From Dehalococcoidia bacterium (lineage in GTDB: Bacteria; Chloroflexota; Dehalococcoidia; Plut-88900): a stretch of 64,000 nucleotides of DNA. Below the pieces are notes generated by a model that searched no databases, was not told the origin of the DNA, and saw only the letters and a program-made list of their open reading frames with translations. Made by a program: the position numbers and the translations under genes. The DNA lies in NCBI GenBank assembly GCA_965197645.1, contig OZ240219.1, positions 2,720,001-2,784,000 of the forward strand, in the 5' to 3' direction. This document shows, piece after piece, positions 50,638 to 58,603 of this stretch (its first letter is position 1; every line of letters begins with the position of its first letter).

Positions 50638-52143
50638 CTATCCCGTTGATTGCAACTGCTCTCTCAGCAATGTGTTGACCACTCCCGGATTCGCACTGCC
50701 CCTGGTGGCTTTCATCACCTGCCCCACCAGGAACCCCAGCGCCTGTTTCTTGCCACCGGCGAAATCGGCAACCGCATCCGGGTTCTCCTCGATCGCCTGG
50801 GCGACTATGCGGCTGAGCTCGTCGGAGTCCGAGATCTGGGCCAGTCCCTTTTCCCCTACTATATCAGCCGCGGCCCTGCCGGTCCGGAACATCTCTTCGA
50901 AGACGTCCTTGGCCATCTTGCCGGAAAGGGTCCCGTCGTCGATTAAGTCCAGCATCTTGGACAGGTTTTCGGGAGTTACCTTGGAACCAGTGATCTCCAT
51001 CCCTTCGGCGTTGAGCAGCCGGGAGAAGTCTCCCAGGAGCCATGTGCTGACAGCCCTGGCACGCTTTGCGTCGCCATCGGATACGGCCACACACTCCTCG
51101 AGGTAATCGGCCATCGGCTTAGCGACAATCAGGATGCCGGCGTCGATGGGGGGCAGGTCGTAATCGGAAACGAACCGCTCCTTACGGGCATCGGGAAGCT
51201 CCGGAAGGCGGGTTCTGATCCCCTCCACCCACTCTCTGCCGACGACCATCGGCGGGAGGTCCGGCTCGGGAAAGTATCGGTAGTCATGGGCGTGTTCCTT
51301 GCTTCGTTGAGATACCGTGACGCCCTTTTCCTCAACCCAGCCCCGGGTCTCCTGGGGTATGCGCTCGCCTTCTCTGAGGAGACGTTCCTGCCGTTCGACC
51401 TCGTAGCTCAGGGCTCGATACACGGCCCGAAAGCTATTCATGTTCTTCACTTCCACCTTGCCGCCCAGCTCCCTGGAACCCCTGGGACGCAGACTGACGT
51501 TGGCATCGCAGCGGAAGCTCCCCTCCTCCATGTTGCCGGTGGAAACCCCCAGATACTGGAGGATGGTACGCAGCTTGACCAGGTACAGACGGGCGTCCTC
51601 GGGCGATCTGAGGTCCGGCTCTCCGACGATCTCCATCAGGGGCATGCCGGACCGGTTGACGTCGACTTGAGAGTAGGGTTCCGATCCATCGCCGTTCTGA
51701 TGCACCAACCGGGCCGTATCCTCTTCCAGGTGGACGCGGGTGATGCCTATCTTCTTGGACTCGCCGTCGGACTGGATCATGAGCCAGCCATTGGTGCAGA
51801 AAGGCTGATCGTACTGGGATATCTGATACCCCTTCATCAGGTCCGGGTAGGGGTAGTTCTTCCGATCGAACTTGGTGAACTCAGCTATATCGCAGTTGAG
51901 GGCCAGGCCGGTCATGATGGTGTAGTCGACGGCCTGCTTGTTGATGACGGGCAGGACACCCGGCATGCCCAGGCACACGGGACAGACGTGGCTGTTGGGA
52001 GGCGAGCTCGAGTAATCGGCGCTGCAGGCGCAGAACATCTTGCTTCGAGTCACCAGCTGGGCGTGCACCTCCAGCCCGACAACTGTTTCGTAGTCGACGG
52101 AGCCTTCGGTCCGGGCAGCCTGCGGCGTGGTCATGGCTGGCAA
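50638..52143 (-). CDS. gatB: Asp/Glu-tRNA amidotransferase subunit B
   Basis: [51 protein letters not shown]. Confidence 0.97.
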   Translation of the reverse strand: MPAMTTPQAARTEGSVDYETVVGLEVHAQLVTRSKMFCACSADYSSSPPNSHVCPVCLGMPGVLPVINKQAVDYTIMTGLALNCDIAEFTKFDRKNYPYPDLMKGYQISQYDQPFCTNGWLMIQSDGESKKIGITRVHLEEDTARLVHQNGDGSEPYSQVDVNRSGMPLMEIVGEPDLRSPEDARLYLVKLRTILQYLGVSTGNMEEGSFRCDANVSLRPRGSRELGGKVEVKNMNSFRAVYRALSYEVERQERLLREGERIPQETRGWVEEKGVTVSQRSKEHAHDYRYFPEPDLPPMVVGREWVEGIRTRLPELPDARKERFVSDYDLPPIDAGILIVAKPMADYLEECVAVSDGDAKRARAVSTWLLGDFSRLLNAEGMEITGSKVTPENLSKMLDLIDDGTLSGKMAKDVFEEMFRTGRAAADIVGEKGLAQISDSDELSRIVAQAIEENPDAVADFAGGKKQALGFLVGQVMKATRGSANPGVVNTLLREQLQSTG

Positions 52144-52205
52144 TCAGTATAGCACCGGCGTTTAAGGGCGACAATGACAACGCTCATTCAGACCAATCAG
52201 AACGG

Positions 52206-52865
52206 TCACTCAGACCACGCCCCCTCGCCGATGAGGGGCACAAACCGGCAGGGGCCAAGGCTGAAGGCCTTGACGCCGCCTCCCCTCTTCACTATCAGCT
52301 TCAGGTCCTGCTCCTCCCGAGTGCCGACGGGCACGACCATGCACCCTCCCTCGGCCAGCTGTTCCATAAGGGACTCCGGTACAGCGGGCGCCGCCGCCGA
52401 TACCACAACGGCATCGTAAGGACCGTATTCGGGGCAACCCAGGACTTGACCGGCAACCTCTACCCTGACGTTTATACAGCCCATGTCTTCGATAACCCTG
52501 GCCGCCCTTTCGGCGTGCTCAGGGACCCGCTCTACACTCACCACCCGGCGAGCCAGCTGCGAAAGCAGAACCGCCTGGTAGCCACTGCCCGTGCCCACCT
52601 CCAGGACTGTCTCCGCGCCCATCAGGCCCAGCGCTTCCAGGGTAGCTGCCACCACGTAGGGCTGGGAGATGGTCTGGCCGTGGCCGATGGGAAGGGGAAT
52701 GTTTTCGTACGCGGCATCTCGCAGATGGGAGGGTACGAACGCCTCTCGGGGTGTCCGAGCGATGGCGGCCAGTACCTGCTCATCCCTGATCGACCGCCGC
52801 AACTCACCGAGGAGCTTTTGAACGGCGCCGGGCTGAAAGACGGTGGGCACCGTTTTTCGGGCCAT
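52206..52865 (-). CDS. pcm: Protein-L-isoaspartate O-methyltransferase
   Basis: PRE.FVP, GQTISQP, VLEVGTGSGYQA, PYDA..V.AA, FVPL. Confidence 0.94.
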   Translation of the reverse strand: MARKTVPTVFQPGAVQKLLGELRRSIRDEQVLAAIARTPREAFVPSHLRDAAYENIPLPIGHGQTISQPYVVAATLEALGLMGAETVLEVGTGSGYQAVLLSQLARRVVSVERVPEHAERAARVIEDMGCINVRVEVAGQVLGCPEYGPYDAVVVSAAAPAVPESLMEQLAEGGCMVVPVGTREEQDLKLIVKRGGGVKAFSLGPCRFVPLIGEGAWSE

Positions 52866-52995
52866 CACTGGTCCCCTTTCGAGTTCATGGTAGCAGATGG
52901 CACAGGGCCCAACAACCGAGTTTTCATCGCCGCAAAGGGTACGCAACCGCCAATGCTATAATGGACTCGTCCATCTTGAACGCCAGGATTCCGCA

Positions 52996-53754
52996 ATAGA
53001 CACCGAATACCTCAACCGTATATTGACCCGGGTCCGGGACGGAGCGCTAAGCCCGGAACAGGCGATGGAAGAGCTGAAGTTCCTGCCCTACCAGGACCTG
53101 GGATACGCCAAGATCGACCACCATCGTTCCCTCCGAACGGGAGTCCCCGAGGTGGTGTTGGGAGAGGGCAAGACTCCCGCCCAGGTCGCGGAAATCGCCA
53201 GAGAGCTGGCCGCTCGTGTGGACGTCCTGATGGTCACCCGGGCCACACCGGAGACTTTCGAAGCGGTCCGCGAGCAGGTCCCGGAAGCCGTCTATCGGTC
53301 CGACGCTCGGGCGGTAGTCATGGACAGGCGGAATCCCAGTAAGCCGCTGGTAAAGGGCGTTACCATCGTCAGTGGGGGCACCTCCGACATGCCCGTGGCG
53401 CAGGAGGCCGCCGTGACCGCCGAGCTCATCGGCAGCGAGGTGGAAAGGATCTACGACGTTGGGGTTGCGGGACTGCACCGGCTGTTGGACCAGGTGGAGA
53501 AACTGCAGCAGGCCCGGGTTATCATCGCCGTGGCGGGGATGGAGGGAGCGTTGCCGGGGGTGGTAGCGGGGCTGGTGTCGGCGCCGGTGATTGCACTGCC
53601 GACCAGTATAGGCTACGGAGCGGGCCTCGGCGGCGTAGGAGCGCTCATGACGATGCTGAACGCCTGCGCCCCGGGAATCGCAGTGGTGAACATCGATAAC
53701 GGATTCGGGGCCGGCTACCTAGCATCGATCATAAATCAGGACCGGAAGCGTTAG
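52996..53754 (+). CDS. larB: Nickel-pincer cofactor biosynthesis protein LarB (PurE-like); probable ATA start
   Basis: AKIDHHR..R.G.PEV..GEGKT, GTSD.PVA.EA, DVGVAGLHRL, AGMEGALP, PTS.GYG, VNIDNGFGAG. Confidence 0.92.
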   Translation: MDTEYLNRILTRVRDGALSPEQAMEELKFLPYQDLGYAKIDHHRSLRTGVPEVVLGEGKTPAQVAEIARELAARVDVLMVTRATPETFEAVREQVPEAVYRSDARAVVMDRRNPSKPLVKGVTIVSGGTSDMPVAQEAAVTAELIGSEVERIYDVGVAGLHRLLDQVEKLQQARVIIAVAGMEGALPGVVAGLVSAPVIALPTSIGYGAGLGGVGALMTMLNACAPGIAVVNIDNGFGAGYLASIINQDRKR

Positions 53755-53856
53755 GAGAGAATGGGTAGGGCTGGCCGCGATAAGAAGGAACGGGCCTCTC
53801 CCGTGCGAAGAAAGCCTTGAGGACAGACTCACGTGGCGGTCGGCCGCATCCGATCC

Positions 53857-54084
53857 TTAGCTGCTCTTCCGGACCTCGAGGACCTCGCCGGGCGCCACGG
53901 CCACTCTACGTACGCTGACTCCGAACTTCAGGAGCCAGTACCAGAGAGTACCCTTGTTGACTCCCAGCTCCTCGGACATCGACGGAAGGCCCATGCGGTT
54001 GTACATCTCCGGCAGGAGCTCCTCCAAGGGCCTATTGTAGCGCTCCTCCACGCTACGCATAAGCTTGCTCTTCCGAGTACTCAT
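53857..54084 (-). CDS. Small HTH-type DNA-binding protein of unknown function
   Basis: 75 aa with a strong RBS (GGGAGGTGG). The HTH pattern is LPSMSEELGVNKGTLWYWL. Confidence 0.82.
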   Translation of the reverse strand: MSTRKSKLMRSVEERYNRPLEELLPEMYNRMGLPSMSEELGVNKGTLWYWLLKFGVSVRRVAVAPGEVLEVRKSS

Positions 54085-54101
54085 ACTCTCCACCTCCCTA
54101 G

Positions 54102-54259
54102 GTTAGGAATCATCCTAACACTGCTTCCGAACCTCGTCAAGAGTACATGCGAAACATGTCTAATACCTTACCTAAACCATTTTAGGATTGGTTTTAGACC
54201 AGTTTAGGACCGGCTCTGGTGGTCCGTCCTTGACGCTGTTTTTCCCCCTTTGCTAGACT
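54102..54259. promoter_or_regulatory. Divergent promoters with a TTAGG/CCTAA operator array
   Basis: Minus strand: TTGACG-N17-TAGGAT, with -10 inside the inverted repeat GTTAGGA-ATCA-TCCTAAC. Plus strand: TTGACG-N18-TAGACT. Between them lie CCTAAA-CCAT-TTTAGG and three tandem 11-mers. Confidence 0.65.
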
Positions 54260-54396
54260 GGCCTACAGGTAGACCAACGTAGAGGAGTTGCAGGCGAAAC
54301 AGGCGTGGATTAGCTACCACTCTTGCCTTACGATACAGTTTCTCCATTCATTATGTCGAGTGAAAGCCCGGTAACCCCTGCCCTACCGAGGCTACC

Positions 54397-54942
54397 ATGT
54401 CCCCCATCGATCTCATAACGAAAATCAAGGAAGGCCCGATGTTTCTTAAAGGCAAGAACAGCCCGATAACCGTGACGCGACAGAACCACGCCCTGGAGCA
54501 CGCCACCATAGCCCTGATGCTGCAGAAGCTGGGGATCAACACGAGGATAGCGGGACGGGCTACCCACGGCTCCTTCTACCTTTACGGAAGCTTTCCCACC
54601 CAGCTGGTAACCGAGGCGGCCCATCAGGCCCTCGCCCGGCTGCAGCGGGGTGAAGCCGGTCTGGCCGTGTCGCCCTTTTGCGGTACCAACCTGGCCGTAG
54701 CCGGTGTCCTGGCGGGAATCGCCTCCCTCGTCGCAGTGGGAGGGAAGAATCGAGTGCTGAATCTGCCCAGGGTACTCATCGCGGCCCTCGGCGCCGTTAT
54801 CGCTGCTCAACCCCTGGGCCGGCTGGTGCAGAAACGGCTCACCACCGAGGCGGACCTGGACAATCTGCAGATACAACGGATTACCAAGCACGGGTTCGGC
54901 GGCGCTTCATACCACAAGGTGGAGACTTCGATCAGTCCTTAA
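54397..54942 (+). CDS. DUF6391-like protein
   Basis: R.NHALEHATI, A..RL..GE..LAV.P.CGTN, two TM segments, Q...TT. Confidence 0.8.
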   Translation: MSPIDLITKIKEGPMFLKGKNSPITVTRQNHALEHATIALMLQKLGINTRIAGRATHGSFYLYGSFPTQLVTEAAHQALARLQRGEAGLAVSPFCGTNLAVAGVLAGIASLVAVGGKNRVLNLPRVLIAALGAVIAAQPLGRLVQKRLTTEADLDNLQIQRITKHGFGGASYHKVETSISP

Positions 54943-54979
54943 CATCAGCACTGGGGTTACGGTACAATCCCTTCGTGCT

Positions 54980-55055
54980 GTCCCTGTAGCTCAGTGGATA
55001 GAGCAACTGCCTTCTAAGCAGTAGGTCGTGGGTTCGAATCCCACCGGGGACGCCA
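54980..55055 (+). tRNA. tRNA-Arg(UCU)
   Basis: Acceptor stem GTCCCTG/CGGGGAC, anticodon arm ACTGC-CTTCTAA-GCAGT, GTTCGAATC, encoded CCA. Confidence 0.97.
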
Positions 55056-55061
55056 TTTTGA

Positions 55062-55171
55062 TACGTGTGTGTGTTACAATCCGAGCAACGAGCGGAAACG
55101 GCAACCTGACAGGAGGTACGTGTGTGTGTTACAATCCGAGCAACGAGCGGAAACGGCAACCTGACAGGAGG
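55062..55171 (+). repeat. Exact 55-bp tandem duplication containing a -10 box and RBS
   Basis: TACGTGTGTGTGTTACAATCCGAGCAACGAGCGGAAACGGCAACCTGACAGGAGG at 55062-55116 and again at 55117-55171. Confidence 0.97.
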
Positions 55172-55176
55172 GTGGT

Positions 55177-55731
55177 ATGACTACAGGCTCTCTCAACAAG
55201 CTGATAGCCCTGGACCCCAGGGGCGATACCGGCCCCGCCGAGTCGATTTCCATGGCCCCCAGGCCCGACTCGCTGGACGGAAAGCGCATCGGCCTGCTCC
55301 ACGATCAGCGGCTCAACGGCGACAATCTTCTGTGGATGGTCGCCGACCTGATCAAAGAGCAGTACGAGACCGGTGAGGTCAACTTCTGGGCCAGGCCCAA
55401 CATATCGGATATCTCCCCACCGGACCTCATGGCGGAGATGGCCGAAAAGGCCGACGTCAGCCTGATAGCGATCGGGGACTGAGGGTCCTGCAGCACGTGC
55501 TGTATGCACGACGCGCTCACCCTCGAAGACATGGGCATCCCCACTGCGGTAATCATAAGCGACCAGTTCATACCGGGCGTGCAGGAGATATCCAAATCTC
55601 GCGGCGCCCCCGATTACCCCTACGTGGTGGTCAAGCACCCCATAGGCAGCCTGGACGAGGATACCCTGAAGGAACGGGCGAAAGACGCCCTGCCCCAGGT
55701 GTTGGATATCCTTCTCAACGGCAACAAGTAA
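55177..55731 (+). CDS. UGSC-family selenoprotein (Sec at TGA 55480-55482, residue 102; 184 aa)
   Basis: Track ORFs 55177..55482 and 55504..55731 are in the same frame. Read-through gives AIGD-U-GSCSTCCMHDA...E..GIPT. A hairpin CGTGC-TGTAT-GCACG follows. Confidence 0.9.
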
Positions 55732-55823
55732 TCGCGGACTGTGGTTCCGATGAAGCCGTGGTGGAGTCGGAGCCGCTGAATGACTACGGAATGGGAAGTG
55801 CTCCTTCAGCAAGGAGGTTGTAG

Positions 55824-56666
55824 ATGAAGCCCATAGACTACGTGTCGCTACTCGATTCCTACTACCAGAGCCAGGGGTTTCCTTCCTACAAGTGGTCGGT
55901 GTTCCGGACCACGACCTGGGCGCCGTTTGAGAAGCCGCTGAGCCAGGCCAAGGTGGCGCTGCTCTGCTCTTCGGGGATGTCACGCAGGGACCAGGAACCC
56001 TTCGACCGCCAGGCCAGAAGCGAGCTGAGCTACCGCGAGATCCACAAGGACACTCCCTCCGAAGACCTGGTCATAAACTACGACTACTACGACCACAGTG
56101 ACGCCGACCGGGACCCGAACGTCCTACTCCCTCTGGACAGATTTCGAGAGCTGGAGCAGGAGGGGCACATAGGAGAACTGGCGGAAATTAACTACGGACT
56201 CGGCATGGGGAGAATGTACAAGCGTACCGCTCTCCAGACCCAACTGGCCGCCGAGATTGCCAGAAAGGTCAAGCAGGCCAAGGTCGACGTCCTATTCTGT
56301 GTACCTGCCTGACCGCTCGACCACCAGTCCGTTGGACTGCTGGCGAGAGTAGTTGAAGAGGTGGGCGTGAGCACGGTTTACGTAGGATCGGTCAGGGACA
56401 TGATGGCACAGGTGAAACCGCCCCGTCCGGTGTTCGTCAACTTCCCCCTGGGGCACCAGTGTGGCAAGCCCTTCGATAGAGATCTCCAGATGGGCATCAT
56501 CAAGGATGCTCTCGGCACGCTGACCACGCTCGACGAGCCGGGCCGGATGACGGACCTGCCCTACGAGTGGGGCGAGGAGTTCACCTACGAGATGGGCGGA
56601 GGCGAGCTGCCTGCCGATCAGCAACCACCGGGTCGAGAAAAGGCCGCTCAGGGCGTACCCGGCTAA
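55824..56666 (+). CDS. GrdB/PrdB-like (reductase selenoprotein B family) selenoprotein (Sec at TGA 56310-56312, residue 163; 280 aa)
   Basis: Track ORFs 55824..56312 and 56361..56666 are in frame. KPLSQAKVAL, YDH.DADRDPN...PLDR..EL..EG.IG, VPA-U-PLDHQSVGL.AR..E..G.STV, PPR..FV.FPLGH..G.P. SECIS-like hairpin CAGTCC-GTT-GGACTG. Confidence 0.88.
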
Positions 56667-56955
56667 CTCTTCCCGGCCTGAACCGACGAGTAGTTCGTAA
56701 GCCCCAAGGGTGCCACCTGTGCCCACTAGTCGGAGAATGACCGCTCAGTGTTGCGTTAACATCCAGGGGTCCTTCTGGGACTCTTCATCAGCATCGCTAT
56801 CGCCCAGAGCGAGAATCTCAAGGTGCTGTGCTGGCCGTGTCGGAGAAACGTCCGGCCGGGTTCAGAGTCTGGTAAGATGGTGTTTTCAACACCATCCTCA
56901 CAGCCGTTGACAGACCTCATCGGTACGGCCCCATAATGGGGTGCTAGGAGCGAAC

Positions 56956-58041
56956 ATGGCAGATGCAAACTCTCCGTCCAACGCCTTCGAGCTACCGGAC
57001 ACTATCCAGGCTATTGAGTTCTACTACGAACAGGGCCTCACCGATGGTCTGCCCGTAATCCCACCCACAGAAGAGCGGGTGCTCCAGTTCCTCGATGCGG
57101 CGGGAGTGGAGCCCACCGAAGTCCTGGGCACCAGGCCCAGCCGCAACTGGGTAATCACCGCCGACAAGGTCGCCATCAACGCCATCATGGCCGGCTGCCT
57201 CCCAGAGTATGCCCCCGTAGTGGTGGCCTCGATGAGGGCCTTGATGCGCCCCGAGTTCAACGCCTCCGCCATCTCCGAGACCGCCGGCACCTCCGCTCCG
57301 ATGATCATGGTCAACGGGCCCATCCGCCACGAGCTAGATATCAACTCCCGCTGGAATCTATTCGGGCCCGGCTGGCGCGCCAACGCCACCATCGGCCGCG
57401 CCCTCCGGCTGGTCCTCATCAATGTCTGCAACCAGGTGCCAGGTATCAGGGACAAGTCCACCTTTGGTCATCCGGGGCGGTACACCTCCTGTATCGCCGA
57501 GAACGAGGAGGCCAGCCCATGGCCTCCTCACCACGTCGACAACGGGTACTCCATCGATTCCAATACCGTCAGCCTGTTCCCCGTGTTTCCTCCCATGGAG
57601 ATATACAACCAATCGGACCACCAGCCCGAGCAGGTATTGGAGAGCTTGTGCCACATCATGGCCGCCGATGCCAACTGTGAGGGCGAAGTGCTGCTCATTC
57701 TCAGTCCCCAGCACGCCAAGACCATAGCCGCCACAGGGTGGAGCAAAGACCAGGTGCGGGACTACATGGTAGGCAGGATCGCCGAACTGTATCCCAAACT
57801 GTCCTTGCAGCCCATGCAGAGCGACCCCGGCGCAGACGCCCCGGATCCTGCGGCGGCGGAGGAGCCGGCCCAAGAAGGCGAGAGACCCTGGGCCAACGTC
57901 GGCTACTTGGGCCCCATCCAGTCCGAGGGTATCACCATTCTGGTAGCCGGCGGCGAAGGCGGCGGCCACTCGTCCATACTGCCCAGCTGGGGCTTTGCCA
58001 ACGCCGACGCCCGTTGGGTCATCGAGCCTGTTGTGGTTTGA
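56956..58041 (+). CDS. Uncharacterised protein of a family usually encoded beside UGSC proteins
   Basis: GLTDGLPVIPPT, KVAINAIMAGC.PEY, VNGP, GPGWRANATIGRALRL, GHPGRY, AENEE.SPW, VAGG. ATG follows AGGAG. Confidence 0.8.
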   Translation: MADANSPSNAFELPDTIQAIEFYYEQGLTDGLPVIPPTEERVLQFLDAAGVEPTEVLGTRPSRNWVITADKVAINAIMAGCLPEYAPVVVASMRALMRPEFNASAISETAGTSAPMIMVNGPIRHELDINSRWNLFGPGWRANATIGRALRLVLINVCNQVPGIRDKSTFGHPGRYTSCIAENEEASPWPPHHVDNGYSIDSNTVSLFPVFPPMEIYNQSDHQPEQVLESLCHIMAADANCEGEVLLILSPQHAKTIAATGWSKDQVRDYMVGRIAELYPKLSLQPMQSDPGADAPDPAAAEEPAQEGERPWANVGYLGPIQSEGITILVAGGEGGGHSSILPSWGFANADARWVIEPVVV

Positions 58042-58044
58042 GCT

Positions 58045-58476
58045 TTGGATTGTCGAACGGTCGTCTATCTACTGTCCTGCGTAGGGCAGAAACAGCCGGC
58101 TCCCGCGCCCGCTAGAGACCTGTACACCTCTCCCTGGTTCCACAAGGCCAGCACTTATGCGGATAGAACGGGTAAGCCTTGGTTCATACTATCCGCCAAG
58201 TATGGCCTAGTTCACCCCGATGAGACGATCGCACCTTACGACCTCACCCTGAACACCATGGCGGTGTCGGGCCGTCGCCAATGGACGAGTAGAGTACTCA
58301 CGCAGTTGGAGCCGCATCTGGACGGCATCGAGTCCGTCGTGTTCCTGGCCGGCCAACGCTACCGCGAGTTCCTGGAGCCATCATTGCAAGATCGTGGTCT
58401 GGTCGTTTCCGTTCCGATGGAGGGCTTAAGAATCGGCGAGCAGCTGAGGTGGTTGACCGAGGAGCTTCATGGCTGA
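58045..58476 (+). CDS. DUF6884-like protein
   Basis: L.SC...K.....A.DLY.S.WF, W.ILSAKYGL, PYD.TL, LAG..Y, P.EGL.IG.Q..WL. Confidence 0.82.
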   Translation: MDCRTVVYLLSCVGQKQPAPAPARDLYTSPWFHKASTYADRTGKPWFILSAKYGLVHPDETIAPYDLTLNTMAVSGRRQWTSRVLTQLEPHLDGIESVVFLAGQRYREFLEPSLQDRGLVVSVPMEGLRIGEQLRWLTEELHG

Positions 58477-58603
58477 CCGGCTCAGCGACACGGTCCGCTT
58501 CTATGAGCTTCTCGACCTTCTTGCAAATCGGGCTGGCGGCCCCAGGCTCTTACGAAGTTGCCCCGGTAACTTGCGTCGGCCTCAACAAGGAGAAACCAGA
58601 TGA
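58469..58603 (+). pseudogene. Truncated 5' fragment of the gene coupled to DUF6884
   Basis: RBS GAGGAG and an ATG overlapping the DUF6884 3' end. MADRLSDTVRFYELLDLLANRAGGPRLLRSCPGNLRRPQQGETR* ends at the next gene's ATG. Confidence 0.55.

Noticed and set aside
54140-54215. Replication origin
   Set aside because: There are no DnaA boxes or extended AT-rich unwinding element and no dnaA nearby; a regulatory region fits better.
55062-55171. CRISPR array
   Set aside because: There are two abutting copies with no spacer and no cas genes.
58039-58047. TGA ending the UGSC partner gene is in frame with the DUF6884 ORF, suggesting a third Sec read-through
   Set aside because: It falls at the natural C-terminus (..EPVVV), is not in a redox motif, has no comparable hairpin at +18, and joins unrelated families.
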